Part shown: positions 1 to 13,058 of the stretch, in pieces
Layout of the letters: each line of letters begins with the position of its first letter
Position numbering within the stretch: the first letter of the stretch is position 1
Source: Batkoa obscura
Taxonomy: Eukaryota
Assembly (NCBI GenBank): GCA_030770535.1
Contig: JASVEC010000171.1
Location: 1 to 37,070, forward strand
DNA length: 37,070 nt
Direction of reading: 5' to 3'
Translations under genes and position numbers: made by a program
The notes under the pieces: generated by a model
Databases searched by the model: none
What the model was told of the DNA's origin: nothing
What the model saw: only the letters and a program-made list of their open reading frames with translations

Positions 1-420
1 ACATGTTCTGGTTGAATGATCATAGTTACTTCTTTATTGATATATTCTGCTACCTTTTTCTAGAATAAACCTTGTGAGCCATCATCGGATACAAAAGCAC
101 CTGACATAACTACTTCAGAGTCATAACTAGCCACAGGTATAATCTTTGAAACTCACAGGTAATTATTATCGCCGACAATGATACTATCTTTAGTAGATGG
201 TAGCCTTATTAAAGTGCCGTTTATTACTCTATCGCCTTCAGGCGCTCTAGTCTCAAAGTAATTTTTAAACTTTGCAATAAATTCCTGTTCCATTAAGTTG
301 GGACCATTATTTGAAGTTTCTATGGTGTTTTTTTTCTCCTTTAACTAAAGCAGGTCTACAATTAGGACTGTTATTAACTTGGGCAAATTGTCTTAGTTTT
401 TGGATTTTTTAATAGTCTTA
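1..420 (-). pseudogene. Degenerate reading frame, possibly a transposon (non-LTR ORF1-like) relic; runs off the window edge
   Basis: One minus-strand frame reads KTIKKSKN*DNLPKLITVLIVDLL*LKEKKNTIETSNNGPNLMEQEFIAKFKNYFETRAPEGDRVINGTLIRLPSTKDSIIVGDNNYL*VSKIIPVASYDSEVVMSGAFVSDDGSQGLF*KKVAEYINKEVTMIIQPEH. Composition is protein-like and GC is higher than the flanks, but there are four in-frame stops. The family assignment is a guess. Confidence 0.35.
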
Positions 421-2393
421 CATTGACTTGCATTGGAATTTATAATAGCCAAATAAATCAGTTACTTTTACTTAGCAAAGAATGGTATACCTAATGATGG
501 TTTATGTAGCCTTGAAAAATGGTAACAATCAAGCTATTTTCACCATTGAAATTAAAAGATTTATATATAGCTTCCGGATTTAGGATAAGTTGTCAGTTGG
601 ATATAATATATATGATGTGAGTCACTGGCTACATACTTTGTAACCATAGTTATTTTTAACAAGGTTACTACTATAATAGCTTAAATAGAGGCTTCTAAAT
701 TTATAGTAAATCGCCAATTACATGCAAAATTAATAGTAAATAGCTCTCAATTATGCTTGTGTAAACATCTTTGTATTTAATAAGTTTTTATTATAATAGT
801 TTAAATGACATTCTCAGTTTCGTGTACTCTCTTGAATAAGTACGGTTTCGAATTTTCAATCAGTTTTTATGAAATGGAGGGAGATTTAATAAAAGAATAA
901 AAAAGGTTATATCTACCATAAAATATTATATTTATACTTTTAATTCTTTATTCAATTGTTAATTTTATCAAGCTATATTATGTACAGAAAAACTTTAGGG
1001 GTTTAATAAGTTAACTTTTGTAACGCATCCAAAGCAAAATCTTACGATTTTTTCTGAATTGAATTCTCTTCTTAACTAGCCATGGAACTTATGTCTAAAA
1101 TGATTACTTTGGTTAATTTATTTGCTCAAAAAGTAAATATTTTTGTGCACTCACTTTAACTTGGATATGTTTTTTAACTTATTTTCCTATAAAATTAAGT
1201 TAAACTTCTATTATCAGCCTCAACTTTCAATTTGTAAAAAAAATTCAACCTGTTTCTAAAAAATTCGAGTTGATTTGAAAATAAGACTAATATAAAATTA
1301 TATATTTTTCTGGGAGTTTAAATTGATAAATTATTTATTTGAACGTCAAGATATTTAAAATTTTATTTATAATATCAAATTTTTGGATTTGTTTTAGATT
1401 AAATAGCTTTTTTATTGGTTCCACATCCAACAAGATGATATGGTTTATTTAAGTAAATTGTAAAGAATGAAAAGGAATAGAAGGTAAGATGTTAGAAGAA
1501 TTCGGGGATACTGAGGGCTTTGAACATTTTGAGTGCTTTGGCGTTAGGTTTGGTACGGCGGAAAAGATATTCAAATTCCTTATAAAGGGATTTTTGTCAT
1601 TCGAACTGCAGTATTTTATAAGAGGAAAACGCTAAGATTGATTTATAGTAGAGATTATGAAAGTTTCTGTGGACTACTCACACACTGAATAAAAAAATTA
1701 AATATCTTATTTTACAAAATCTAAGTGTGCGCAAAACTTTCGAGTCTAATATTTGGTGATTTTGACGTTGTCATAAATGTTAATAAATTATGATTTTTTG
1801 TATAGTTTTTTACTCGGTGATCAAGGTTTTATAATTTGTAATATAAATCACAAATATACTTATAGTATTTTTTTAAAATACGTTTAATTAGTTAGTACTA
1901 CCTTGTAAATCAACATCAGGCCCTAATTTTAATAGTACACTACTTTTAAAACTGTCTCAAAGTTTCAGGTGGTCAACTTTGAATGTTAATTTCTTACTAA
2001 TTAGTATTTAAAAAATAAGCTTTTTTTATAGTTATATTTGACTTTCTCATATCAACGCTTATACAAATGTCACTTTTGTAAATTTTATATTAAATAAAAT
2101 AACTTATTTTATCTCAGTTTAAAAGTGGGGCAGTTTTTGGAGGATATAACTAAAAATCATAAAAATTCAAATATCTCTTTATTTTTATTAATAACAACTT
2201 ATGTAGCTTTTGGTATATAATTAAAAGATATATGGGATGTTCCATAGAAAATTTCAGCTCAAATATGTCTATATTATATGATCATGGATCCATCAATCAT
2301 AAGTTATTTGATATTCTTAATGCTTTTTAAAACATAAGTAATATGGTATAAATGCATTTTATATAAAGTAATAATAACAACAAATAGTATAAA

Positions 2394-4139
2394 AGGGAAT
2401 TGATATACAAATCAATCAACCTAGAAATGGATAAAAACATAGATTTATTCTCTAAAAAACCAATTTACTCTTTTTCAACACTAGATAATTCAAGTAATGT
2501 GTTTAATGAATTATCTTCTCAATCTACATTAACTACAAGCTACAAGACTCCTTTACCTTATAACGCAAAAGTAATTTTATTCTTAGTTTTTTTAGTTTTT
2601 TTAGTTTTCTAATTTTTTATAGCAATTACCACCTTCTGATAATAAAGTTAATACTCGATATCACCCAGAAGATAGTTACCGCTTTCCGATTGATCCAGAA
2701 GATTTCACTCGTTATGGTTATATTAAGAATTGTAATATTAATTATTAAACAATGATAAAAATTACTAATATGTTTGAAGATATCATAAAGAATCATATGG
2801 GTGATATTCATCTTGGTATTGAAGAATCTAATCAATTAAAGATAAAAGTAAATATAAAGTATATTTCATTTTAATTATTAATACTTTTTATTAGATGAAA
2901 TCAAATATCAATTATTATCGTATTAAATATGAGATTGATGTATTACATATGTTAAATTATAATAGTAACTTCATTTATAATTAGAATTCTAGTATTTTAT
3001 ATTATTAGGTCTTATTGGAAATGAACTTTTGTTTCCAACAAAATTAGTTATTATTGAAGATGAATTTAAGTCAATTACTCTTGAATTATTACAATTGATA
3101 CTCAATTGTTCACTTAAAATTATAACTGAACAAGTTGAAATCAAAATACGATTATTTAATTTACCTAATTTAGAATTGTATTTTATTATTTATTTTAATA
3201 AAACTTTTACTTACTAATTTAGATTTACGCCAAGTACAATTAAGAAAGAACATTGTGATTATTTCAACAAACAAAATGAACCATTTATAATTTTAAACGG
3301 AATTATTAATAGTATTTGGGAGAAAAGATATAAAATGTAATTATTAATTGATTAATTGATAATTAATTAATAATAATAATACAATCAAATATTGATATAA
3401 TATTTAGAATTACTAAAAAATATAACTGTCAAAATAGTTTATGTCGAGATAAAAATTATTTGACTTCAAGTAAATTGAATATGAAATATAAAGTTATTAA
3501 AAGAACAGAAGCTAATTATTATTCCCCAATAACTACAAAGTAAATCAAATTAAATCAAATTAATTTAATCTATTATTAATAGCTATTATTTAAATAGTAT
3601 TGAATTACATAAATTAGATTTATTGTGTTCAAGTTGTTTAAAAAAAATGGAAGAAATCGTAGAAGATAGACTATACAAAGGTAATATAATATTTTATCTA
3701 AATTAATATTTTATCTAAATTAATATTTTATCTAAATTATTATTTTATCTAAATTAATATTTTATCTAAATTATTATTTTATCTAAATTAATATTTTATC
3801 TAAATTATTATTTTATCTAAATTATTATTTTTACAATTATTAGAAATTCAATGGATATTAATAATAGAAAAAGGTAATAATGTTTGTAGTGTTATGTTAC
3901 GTTGTGCCCTTTTATTACTTGAAAGTAAATAAAATAAATAAATAAAATAAAACATAATTAAAAATAAGATGATTTAATAAATAAATTTAATATTGGCCAA
4001 GAAATTCAATTTTTATGTAAGCCAACATATTTATTTAATTCGAAAGGTAAAATACAATTTATTATTACTATTACTAATTATTATTTACTATTATTATTTA
4101 CTATTATCATTATCATTATCATTATCATTTAATATTGTT

Positions 4140-4170
<31 letters not shown>

Positions 4171-6296
4171 TATATTAATTAATAAATAGAATTATCAAAA
4201 GAACTTGATGGATTAAATTATATAAATAAAAGTGTTCTATTTGAAGTAACTTAAATCAGTACTTTATAGCTATAATTAATATTATTTTAGGTGAACAATT
4301 ATTATTATAAACAAGTATAAATAATATTTTAGCTATATATTATTTGCTTATAACAGATATAGGATAAAATAGAGAATAATGTTCAATTAAATTCAATTGA
4401 ATTTCAACTTAACATTATGTATCAAACTATATTAAGTAACTATTTTAATATTTTATAAATTTATAAATTTATAATTGATTTTAGATTGTTTATATTTTAA
4501 TAACAATTTTAATCAAATTAAACATGTATTGTTATTAAAGTAAGTTATTATCATTCTTAAATACAAGTTATGGGGATGTATTTTTTGTTTAAGAATTTTA
4601 CTACAATCCTTCCATTCAAATAGCGCTTAAAAAGTGGAAAGATAATGAAGCTAAAAAAAACAGCCCCTTTAATATCACTATTTATAATAATATTTCATTA
4701 TAGTTTAACATCTAATAATCTAAAAACATTAATGTTTTATAATGATGATGATTTAAAATTAAATTATTTATTTCAAATAATTTCAAAAGTTAAAAAGTAA
4801 TAAAATCAAAAGATTAAAATTGATAGATTAAAATATTAATATTAATATTAACATTAATATCAGAATTAATTATTGGCAATTTCAAAATAATGAATTAATG
4901 AAATTAGATTACTTTGATAATCAAAAAGTAACTAAAAATAATATATCACAGGGAATACATGGTAAAAGTATTTATTTTTATTTAAATATATTATAATATT
5001 TTTATTAGCAAATTTAATTTCAGATTTAAAGAATGGTTTATTGTGTATAAAATTATATACTTTTACATTAAAAAATATAAAAAAATTAAAAGGTAAAATT
5101 AAAGAATTAGTATTAATTGTAAGTTAATGAATCATTATAGAGTTATTAATTAAAATCACTAAATTTCAATCTTTAAACATATCAATAATATTATTATGTA
5201 ATATAGAATTATTAAAAGTAAAATAAATAAATAACAAATAATAATAATTAACAATAATTAACAATAATCAATAATTATCAATTTAATAGAAAAAATATCC
5301 GTTTGATTTGAATGTTTTATTAAAGTAAATAATATATTAATATTTTATTTATATTATTAACATTAATTGAAGTGACTTTGATATTATAATCAAAAAGAAA
5401 GATATTAGTACTAATGAAGAAATTAATTTGTTTTTAAATAATACATTGATTGATGATAATTATTTAAATAATCATTATCAACAGAACGATGAATTATTTA
5501 TTAAAATGAAAAATGTAATTCAACTAATAATCGATAAATTCTAACTATTTTATTTTTAGTATTTGGAATTATTATATAATTTAGATATAAGGTAATTAAA
5601 TTATATAATTCAATAATAATATACTATTATTATAATAGTTTAAGTGAATGTTGTCAAGAAATAATACAAATGTATTTCAAAGCATTAAGAAACTTACAAT
5701 TAAATAAAAAGAAATGTATATTAAATCCACATGATTCATTATCTGTAAGGAATAATAAAAATAATATCAAATATAAATATTAAATATGAACATTAAATTC
5801 ATTATGCATAGAGTTTAGCCAAAATCACTATTTTAAATGCTAAATGTTTTCATAGAAAAATAGCAACTATTGAAGATGCTTTAATAAGGTAATTATATTT
5901 ATTCTACTATTTTATTGTTATTTTATTGTTATTTTATTGTTATTTTATTGTTATTTTATTGTTATTCTATTTAACTTGTATTTAGTATAATTTACTTTGA
6001 AAATAATTTAAAAGTTAAATTTCATTATAAAGCTATCTACATTAAAAAGAATGATAACATTGGTAAATAAACATATATATATTATAATGGAACATTTATT
6101 AATATTTGTAGATTATAATATCTTTAATACAAATGATATAAATAATGAATTGTTATTTAGTTTACCTATTAATAACATTTCTTTTTTATTAAAAAAAGAA
6201 GTACAATATTGGCTATCAAATAGTTTATTAAATAATTGTTATGATTATACAAAAACGGATCTAATTAAACATCTCATTCATTTATTAAATCTATAA
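2394..6296 (+). CDS. MCMDC2: MCMDC2-like (divergent MCM-domain, meiotic recombination) protein, left copy; first ATG mutated to AGG, next in-frame ATG at 2427
   Basis: Manual splicing across ~24 short GT-AG introns (e.g. 2571-2622, 2717-2779, 3681-3843, 4540-4703) gives YYRIKYEIDVLHMLNYNSLIGNELLF...EQVEIKIRLFNLP, FIILNGII...KYNCQNSLC, DLLCSSCLKKMEEIVEDRLYKEIQWI, DLINKFNIGQEI, ANLISDLKNGLLCI and LSECCQEIIQMYFKALR...SLAKITILNAKCFHRKIATIEDALISIIYFE. These blocks are collinear with my recollection of animal MCMDC2: N-domain, zinc finger, OB fold, degenerate AAA+ and lid. I saw no intact Walker A motif. Some splice sites in the 3' half are approximate. Confidence 0.75.
3689..3824 (+). repeat. 17-bp minisatellite (A/T)TATTTTATCTAAATTA x8 filling an MCMDC2 intron
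   Basis: Eight consecutive units counted inside intron 3681-3843. Confidence 0.95.
4569..4671 (+). mobile_element. ~100-bp MITE inserted in an MCMDC2 intron
   Basis: TATGGGGATGTATTTT...AAATAGCGCTTAAAAAGTGGAAAG...AAACAGCCCC; same family as the copies at 21962, 29584, 35536 and 36077. Confidence 0.85.
5910..5965 (+). repeat. 11-bp tandem repeat (TTTTATTGTTA) x5 in an intron
   Basis: Directly visible; mirrored in the right arm near 13785-13840. Confidence 0.9.
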
Positions 6297-6567
6297 CAAA
6301 ATAAATTAAGTATTCAATGCTCGTTAATTATATTATCAATATTTACCATTTATAGCCATTAGTAATTCAATTGATTGGTAGTATAATCAATGGCCAATAA
6401 AGAGTAAGTTAACTAAGGATAAAAATTAAGATGATGGTATAATTCTTGAAATGATTAGTTGTATTGAGTCATCAAAATTAGCGATTTAAAATTTGAAACA
6501 ATAAAAACTAAAATTAATTCATAATCTTATTCATTTATCCTTAACTTTAAAGCTACATAAAAGAAAG

Positions 6568-7805
6568 ATGCCACTTAATTTCAACTTAAAATCTATTGTA
6601 CGTCCCAACATCCTCTCCTTAGAACCTTATCGTTGTGCTCGTGATGATTATAATGAAGGTATCTTATTAGATGCCAATGAAAATAGTTATCCTTTCAATC
6701 TATCATCAGCTTGTTTAAATCGATATCCCGATCCTTATCAATTATCACTAAAGCAAAAGATAATGTCATATAAAAAGATTGATAATGTAAAGAAGCTATT
6801 TTTAGGAGTCGGATCGGATGAAGTAATTGATTTAGTATTAAGAATATTTTGTATCCCAAGTCAAGATAGTATATTAATTTGTCCACCAACTTATGGTATG
6901 TACAAAGTATGTGCTAAAATTAATGATGTTAAAGTAGTTACTTGTCCTTTATTAAAAGAGAAATTCCAATTGGATGTAGATAATGTGGGTTATTTTTATT
7001 ATTTTATATTAATATTAACAATTCAATTCTTATCTAGATATTAAAAATGTTATCATCTACTCCAACAATTAAAGTCATCTTCCTTTGCCATCCTGGTAAT
7101 CCAACTGGAAGTTTATTAAACTTAGATGATATTGAAATTCTATTAAACAGTTCTTTTAATGGTATTGTAGTAGTCGATGAAGCTTATATTGATTTTGTAG
7201 ATTCTAAATATTCTTGTTTAAATTTATTAAATTTATATCCTAACTTGATTGTAACTCAGACATTATCCAAAGCTTTTTCAGCTGCTGGAATTAGGTAAAT
7301 TAAAATTATTAGGATACAAATTAAAATTTTATTGATTGATTGATGAATTTATTATATTAGATTAGGTATTGCTTATAGTCATACGGAAATTATTCAATTA
7401 ATGAATAATACTAAAGCACCATATAACATCTCTTGTTTAACTATTGAAAAAGGAATGGAAATTTTTGAGCCAATAAATTTATCTACAGTTTCCAATAACA
7501 TCTCTAAAATCAGTGAATCTAAACAATCTCTAATTAAACAAGTATCAGATCATCCTCAATTAACTTTATTAGGTACTTCAGATGCTAATTTTTTATTAAT
7601 GCAAGTCAAAAATAAGGATAACAATCCATGCTCTAATAGAGCAAAAGAAGTTTATAAATACTTAGCGGATGAATTGAAGATTGTTATTCGTTACAGAGGT
7701 AATGAAATGCATTGTCAAGGATGTTTAAGAGCTACGATAGGTACGGAAGATGAGAATCAAAAAATGTTAAGTGGCTTATTCAAGGCTTTAGAGAAAATTG
7801 AATAA
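6568..7805 (+). CDS. HIS5: Histidinol-phosphate aminotransferase
   Basis: Motifs VRPNILSLEPYRCARDD, LLDANEN, NRYPDP, GVGSDEVID, PPTYGMY, PGNPTG, VVVDEAYIDF, TQTLSKAFSAAGIRLG (PLP lysine) and CLRATIGT. Introns at 6985-7037 and 7295-7360. Confidence 0.96.
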
Positions 7806-8127
7806 ATAAAATAAAAATAAAATATAAAATAAAATATAAAAATGGAATAGTTAGATTAGGATTTTATTTTGTCATCAATTGATTTAAAAAAAATCACATT
7901 AATTCAATAATTAGCATCCATTTTAATATTCTACCAATGAAAGTAAAAAAAGTTATTTCAACTAGTACCAATAGGAACACATATTCAAAATAAAATAAAA
8001 ACAAAACATCACATTTACTGACTATTTTATTTTCAAAGTAAAGATTTCATTCTATCCATACATCAAGAGGTAAGCATGTAAAGGAAAGAAAGTTCAAGCT
8101 TACAAAATTTCATTAAAAAATTACTCT

Positions 8128-10301
8128 TTAATTTTTACGAATTTTTAAACTATCAATCATATCTTCAAATTTCGAAATATTACGAATATACCAATCTCCA
8201 TATCTTCGAGCAATTTTATGTTCTGTTACCATAATAATATCCTAATAATAGATAAACGAAATTAATGTACATTTCTAGCAATTTAATTTATAAACTAAAC
8301 CTTACCTTATTGACTGTAAAATCTAAATCACTAGCTAAAGTATATTGGCCATCCAATAAATTACCTACGTTTAATTGCTTCTTTTGTTTTGACTTTAATT
8401 TTAATATTAATAATTGTCTTCGAACTTCATCTTTATCAATATTTAAGAAACTTGCCAACTTCTCAATAGATAAAGTTGAATATAAAGCAAGATAAGATCT
8501 TAAAGTAGGAATAAGATATTGATGTTTAACTTCTTGTAAAAAGATACTTAGTTGATATTGAGTAGCTGATTGCTTTTTGTTCTGATTCATCCATTTTAGT
8601 TAATGTTGGTGAGATAAATTTAGGACAAGAATATAGATATAATTCTTCATAAGTGGATAAATTCGATTCTAATGTGCGCATAGATGACATTTGTTCACTA
8701 TATTTTTCTTTAAGGGTATTATGAATATGCTCATCAACTCGACTAGAGAATAAGGAGATGCACATAGCTAATAAAGCATACATTTGATCTACTTTTTTAT
8801 TCATCTAATATTAAAAAATATTATAAAAAATATTAATTAATTATATTGTTAAATATATTAAAAATATTCTACTTTACCTGATCAAATTGATAACTTTTGG
8901 TTTGAAATATTTTAGTTCTTGCCATAAAAGATAATATATGAGAAAAAGAACGAATAGCATCTGCATATCTTCTCATCATCATATAACAAAATCCAATATA
9001 ATAATAAACAGTTACATGGCATGCAATAACTCTATGAAATGGTGATTTTTTACTTAAATCTACATTATCTAAAGTTTTTAAGGCCATGGTATAATTGCCT
9101 AATAAACAATGAACTCGAAGTAATCCAATGATTGAGAAATAACCTAACATTTTATATAATGGTTTATTGATATAATCTTCTTTTTCTTCTCTATTAAAAT
9201 AAAATTAATACAACAGTATAATAGTAATTTAGTCATTTTAAACTTACACTTCCAATTGTAAACCTGGCTCTTCTCCATTTTTTAAAGCTTCTAAATGTTC
9301 ATAAATACTTGATTTTTGAATTAAAGAGTAAAGAACGTTTAAAACAGAATAACAAGACCAAACCTAAATAATAATAATTAATATATTTACCTTTCATAAT
9401 AAAATAAAAACTTACTTGTGGATTTTCTTTTAATAAAATTAACTCTTCTTCTGTTTTACTTTTGATTTTATTTCTAAATGTTGAAAATGTTTGAAATTGA
9501 TAAATAAATTCATCAATAATATCCCATAACCATTGGTTAGGTAATTCTAATGGTACTGGGCCATCTGAATCTATTAATATTAGTAATTAGAATTAATATA
9601 AAATAACATAATATGATAATTTTAGTTATAGTTTGACACTGTATGTGAGGATATAAAGAATAGTATTAAACTTTAGCTTACTTAAAATATAATTAAATAA
9701 ATCACAATAATTTTCATATGATTGAAAACGGTGTTCAATACTTGGTTGTAATTTAGAGTAAATATGACGATAATAAAGTTCACGATATAATGTTAAAAAT
9801 ACTTGATCTATAAAAATAAAAGTAAAGTATTATTAATTATTCCATAAAAGTACATAAATCATCAATAAATTTCCTTTGCATGATTTTTGAAATTCTTAAA
9901 TCAAAACTTACCATCGCTCACTAAATGACTCACAACCTCTGGATCTGGCCATGAGCTTTTAGCATAATATCTTTCAGTTAGTTTATTGAATAAATTTTCA
10001 TAAATGTATTGTAATTCATAATAATTATTTTCAACTAAAGCATGATGAAATTTAAAGATAAATTTTTTAATTTCTTCTGGTAATCCGTTAACTGCCGAAT
10101 TAACACTTTCAATCGAATGACTATGCTCTAAAAACGAGGAAAAAGAAATGGGTTAATGAGAACATTTGACAAATGTGAGAACTGGATAATATTTGAAAAA
10201 AATTACTTACCATATTCTTCTTCCTCAAGATTACTTGGATATAAATTAGGTGTTAATACTAATTCTAAAGGAATATCATCATCTTCATAATCGTTATACA
10301 T
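8128..10301 (-). CDS. EIF3L: Eukaryotic translation initiation factor 3 subunit L (multi-exon)
   Basis: Motifs [93 protein letters not shown] and [15 protein letters not shown] at 10301, stop TAA at 8128-8130. Confidence 0.95.
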
Positions 10302-10618
10302 TTTAGTATTTTCTTTCTTTTTTTCTTTTATCTATAAATTTAACTATCTTAGTTGCTCTCTTTATATAAAAAGTAATTTTGAATATTAAATTTTGCTACA
10401 ATTAACACTATGAATTTCATGGTTTTAATTGGTTCAATTTAGAAAATTGAAGTGTTATTATGGGATTTTATGTTGTTTTGACAATTTTAAGATTTCAATA
10501 TTAAAAATGTGATCAAAAAAAACAAAAAAAGTCCACAAAAAAAAATCAAAAATATATCAATTAACATAATCATAATTCATTTATTATTATTCTTGCATTA
10601 TTTTTCATTTATCTTCTT

Positions 10619-13058
10619 TCATTTCTTACCCTTTTTTCCACGAGTAGCCTTGGTTCCTGCCGCCTTTGATTTTCTTTTAGCTGCAGTTCCCTCTTTAGCT
10701 TTTGATATCAATTTATCTTTCATTACATCCTCATCATCTTCTTCCTCTTCTTCTTCTTCTTCTTCATCATTCAATTCACCTTCACCCAACACGTCCTCTA
10801 AATCTGGTATGGCTTCTTTTTTAGTCTTAACCGAAGCAATAACTACATTCAACATTGTTGGATGAGGCTGTTTATTGTAACTAAAATAAAAGAAATAAAA
10901 ATAATGTTAGTTGGATTTTCTAAATATAAAGTAGTATAGCAAAACATACGTTCTAGTAAATGCTGATTTGACACTAGTTGGTATGCCTTTTAGAATTTCA
11001 CTACCAGCTTGAGAACCAATACCTAAATCTATTAATGTGTCCCAATCTTCTTTATCAAGATAATAATTATCCATCAATTGAATTGTTTTTGATATACCAT
11101 TCTAATTTAATTAATATATTAATAAAAAATAATATAAAAAAAGATTCACTTAAAATAGTAAAATGATAAAATAGTATTAATTGACTTACATTCCCATCCT
11201 TAATTAGTTCTTTAGTCAATTTATTATTTAATGCTAATAAATAATTTTGTCTTAATTCATTTTTATCTCCTGAGATTTTCACTTTCATATGTAAATGAGT
11301 TTGTTTTAATAATCGATTATATTTATTTGTTTTTGAGTTCTGTCCTAACCAACTAAAATAACATTGTTAATTGATATTAATTATTAATATTCTATTACTT
11401 AATAACAGCGACAATCATTATTTAACTTACCTTGGAAATCGATATCTATCACTCATTTTACCATGCATAAAATAAGACGGAATTGCACAAGAATAGGCAG
11501 CATGTAAAGGCATTAAATCCCAGTTTTGAGAACTAAATTATTAATCAATTAATCGATAATTAATAAAACTGAATTTTACTTACGTATGAATAGATTTTTC
11601 AATTAAATCTGCTTGAGAAATAAATTCAGAAGCATGGACTATTTTATCTAATGTTTCTAATTCTTTTTGTTTAAAATTCATTGTTGAACTACTAGGTTGA
11701 CAATATATATAATTTTCCTATCCATTTATTTTAGTATAAATTAAGTATTGTCCTCTATCTATTTCATAAATGTCTTAATAAACTTACTTGTACCATTAAC
11801 GGAGCCAATTGATAATCATGAAAATATAACTCAATTCGATCAGTGAACGAATCATTCATATAATTTTCATTACTAAAATAACGACTAGCAATATCAAATG
11901 GATTTAATAATACATTTTTTTTCATCATATTTGAACTAAATTTAATATTGATATTAATATTAATAATTCGACTTAAAAGCTTGTTGATTATCCTATAATA
12001 AATAACTTACAATTCTTTCGATTGTTCTTTAGACATACTTTTACTAGTTAATCTCCAACTTGATAATAAATTAATAATTTGTCGAATATCATTACGACTG
12101 GTTTCGACTAAAGTTTCTAATACATTTTCAGATAATTCAAGTCCTTCTTTAGTAATGATTCTTTGAATCAAAGGTCTTATTTGGGCAGCTGTAGGTCTAT
12201 TGAAATTAATTAATCAACAATTAATTGTTATATTACTTAATTTATTTAATATATGAATTAAATTTACCTTCTAAATCGATAATCAAAACAATGATTAGCT
12301 AAGGATTTAATTTTCACTGAGTTTCGGTCATTACAGATACAAATAATTGGTACCTAATTAATTAATTGTTATTAGTTATTATTAATTAAAAAATACATTA
12401 ATTAATATAATTAATACCTTAGTAGTCTTTAATAACTTAATAATTTCTTGAATACCACCTCTATCTCCACCTGACATACCATCAATTTCATCCAAAATCA
12501 GTACTTTTTTTCTACCTTTACTTTTATCCTTATCTCCTTCCTTCCCATCCTGCTTCGTTTTATCCTTTTTAAAATATGATAAAATAGAATTACAACTTAA
12601 TATTTCTTTAATCTTTTGTTCAATACTTTTTTTTGATCTTGTATCTGAAGCATTAAATTCAATAGCTTCGTAACCAGCTTCTTTACAGGCTATGTAAGCT
12701 GCACTTGTTTTTCCAATACCTGGCGGTCCACTGATTAACACAGAGCGAAAATTGACTTTGGTTTCAAGGCCATTAGGGTCCCTAACAAACAAGAAAAAAA
12801 TAAATTAACTGAATTTATAAATAACAAATATTTTTAAATTGAAATTGAAATTGATAAAAAGGAGTGAAATGAAAAGTATTTGATAAAACTCACCATGTTT
12901 TTAAGAATATAATTAAATTATCTATTAATGTTTTATTACCAATTAAATCGAGTTTGTTTACTGGTCGATATTTTTCTACCCATAAACTATATTGATAATT
13001 ACTATTGAATATTATTAAATTTGAATTAATGTTACTCATTCGTTGCTGCAACACTCAT
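10619..13058 (-). CDS. RFC1: Replication factor C large subunit (RFC1), no N-terminal BRCT region visible
   Basis: Motifs LWVEKYRP, LISGPPGIGKT (Walker A), IEFNASDTRSK, LILDEIDGMSGGDRGG (Walker B), PIICICNDR, YFHDYQLAPLMVQENY, WDLMPLH, FPSWLGQNSK and TSVKSAFTRTYNKQPHP, with an acidic/basic tail. Predicted start is MSVAATND, an intron, then NYQYSLWVEKY. Confidence 0.93.

Larger units (their letters stand above)
2317..6340 (+). repeat. Left arm of a ~4-kb near-perfect inverted repeat (partner 13394-17490)
   Basis: ORF pairs are mirrored (2400+/17195-, 2626-/16972+, 3029+/16590-, 6051+/13453-). Manual reverse-complement comparison of sampled segments matches. The 73-bp arm length difference is fully explained by three tandem-repeat length differences (48+10+15 bp). 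Weaker homology extends out to 2288/17518. Confidence 0.97.

Noticed and set aside
1405..1600. Possible 3' end of a non-LTR retroelement (minus strand QKSLYKEFEYLFRRTKPNAKALKMFKALSIPEFF*, then AATAAAAAA)
   Set aside because: Too short, with no diagnostic motif; only elevated GC supports it.
1937..2132. Weak inverted match CACTACTTTTAAAACTG / CAGTTTAAAAGTGGGG
   Set aside because: Imperfect, single copy in the window, and plausible by chance.
2626..2835. 69-aa minus ORF (and its mirror at 16972-17181)
   Set aside because: Antisense shadow of MCMDC2 exons 2-3.
3689..3824. CRISPR-like array
   Set aside because: Contiguous tandem units without unique spacers, inside a eukaryotic intron.
3993..4178. 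61-aa ORF with poly-L/Y
   Set aside because: Runs through an intronic microsatellite, out of frame with the real exon.
10509..10865. 118-aa plus ORF with poly-Ser
   Set aside because: Antisense to the RFC1 acidic tail.
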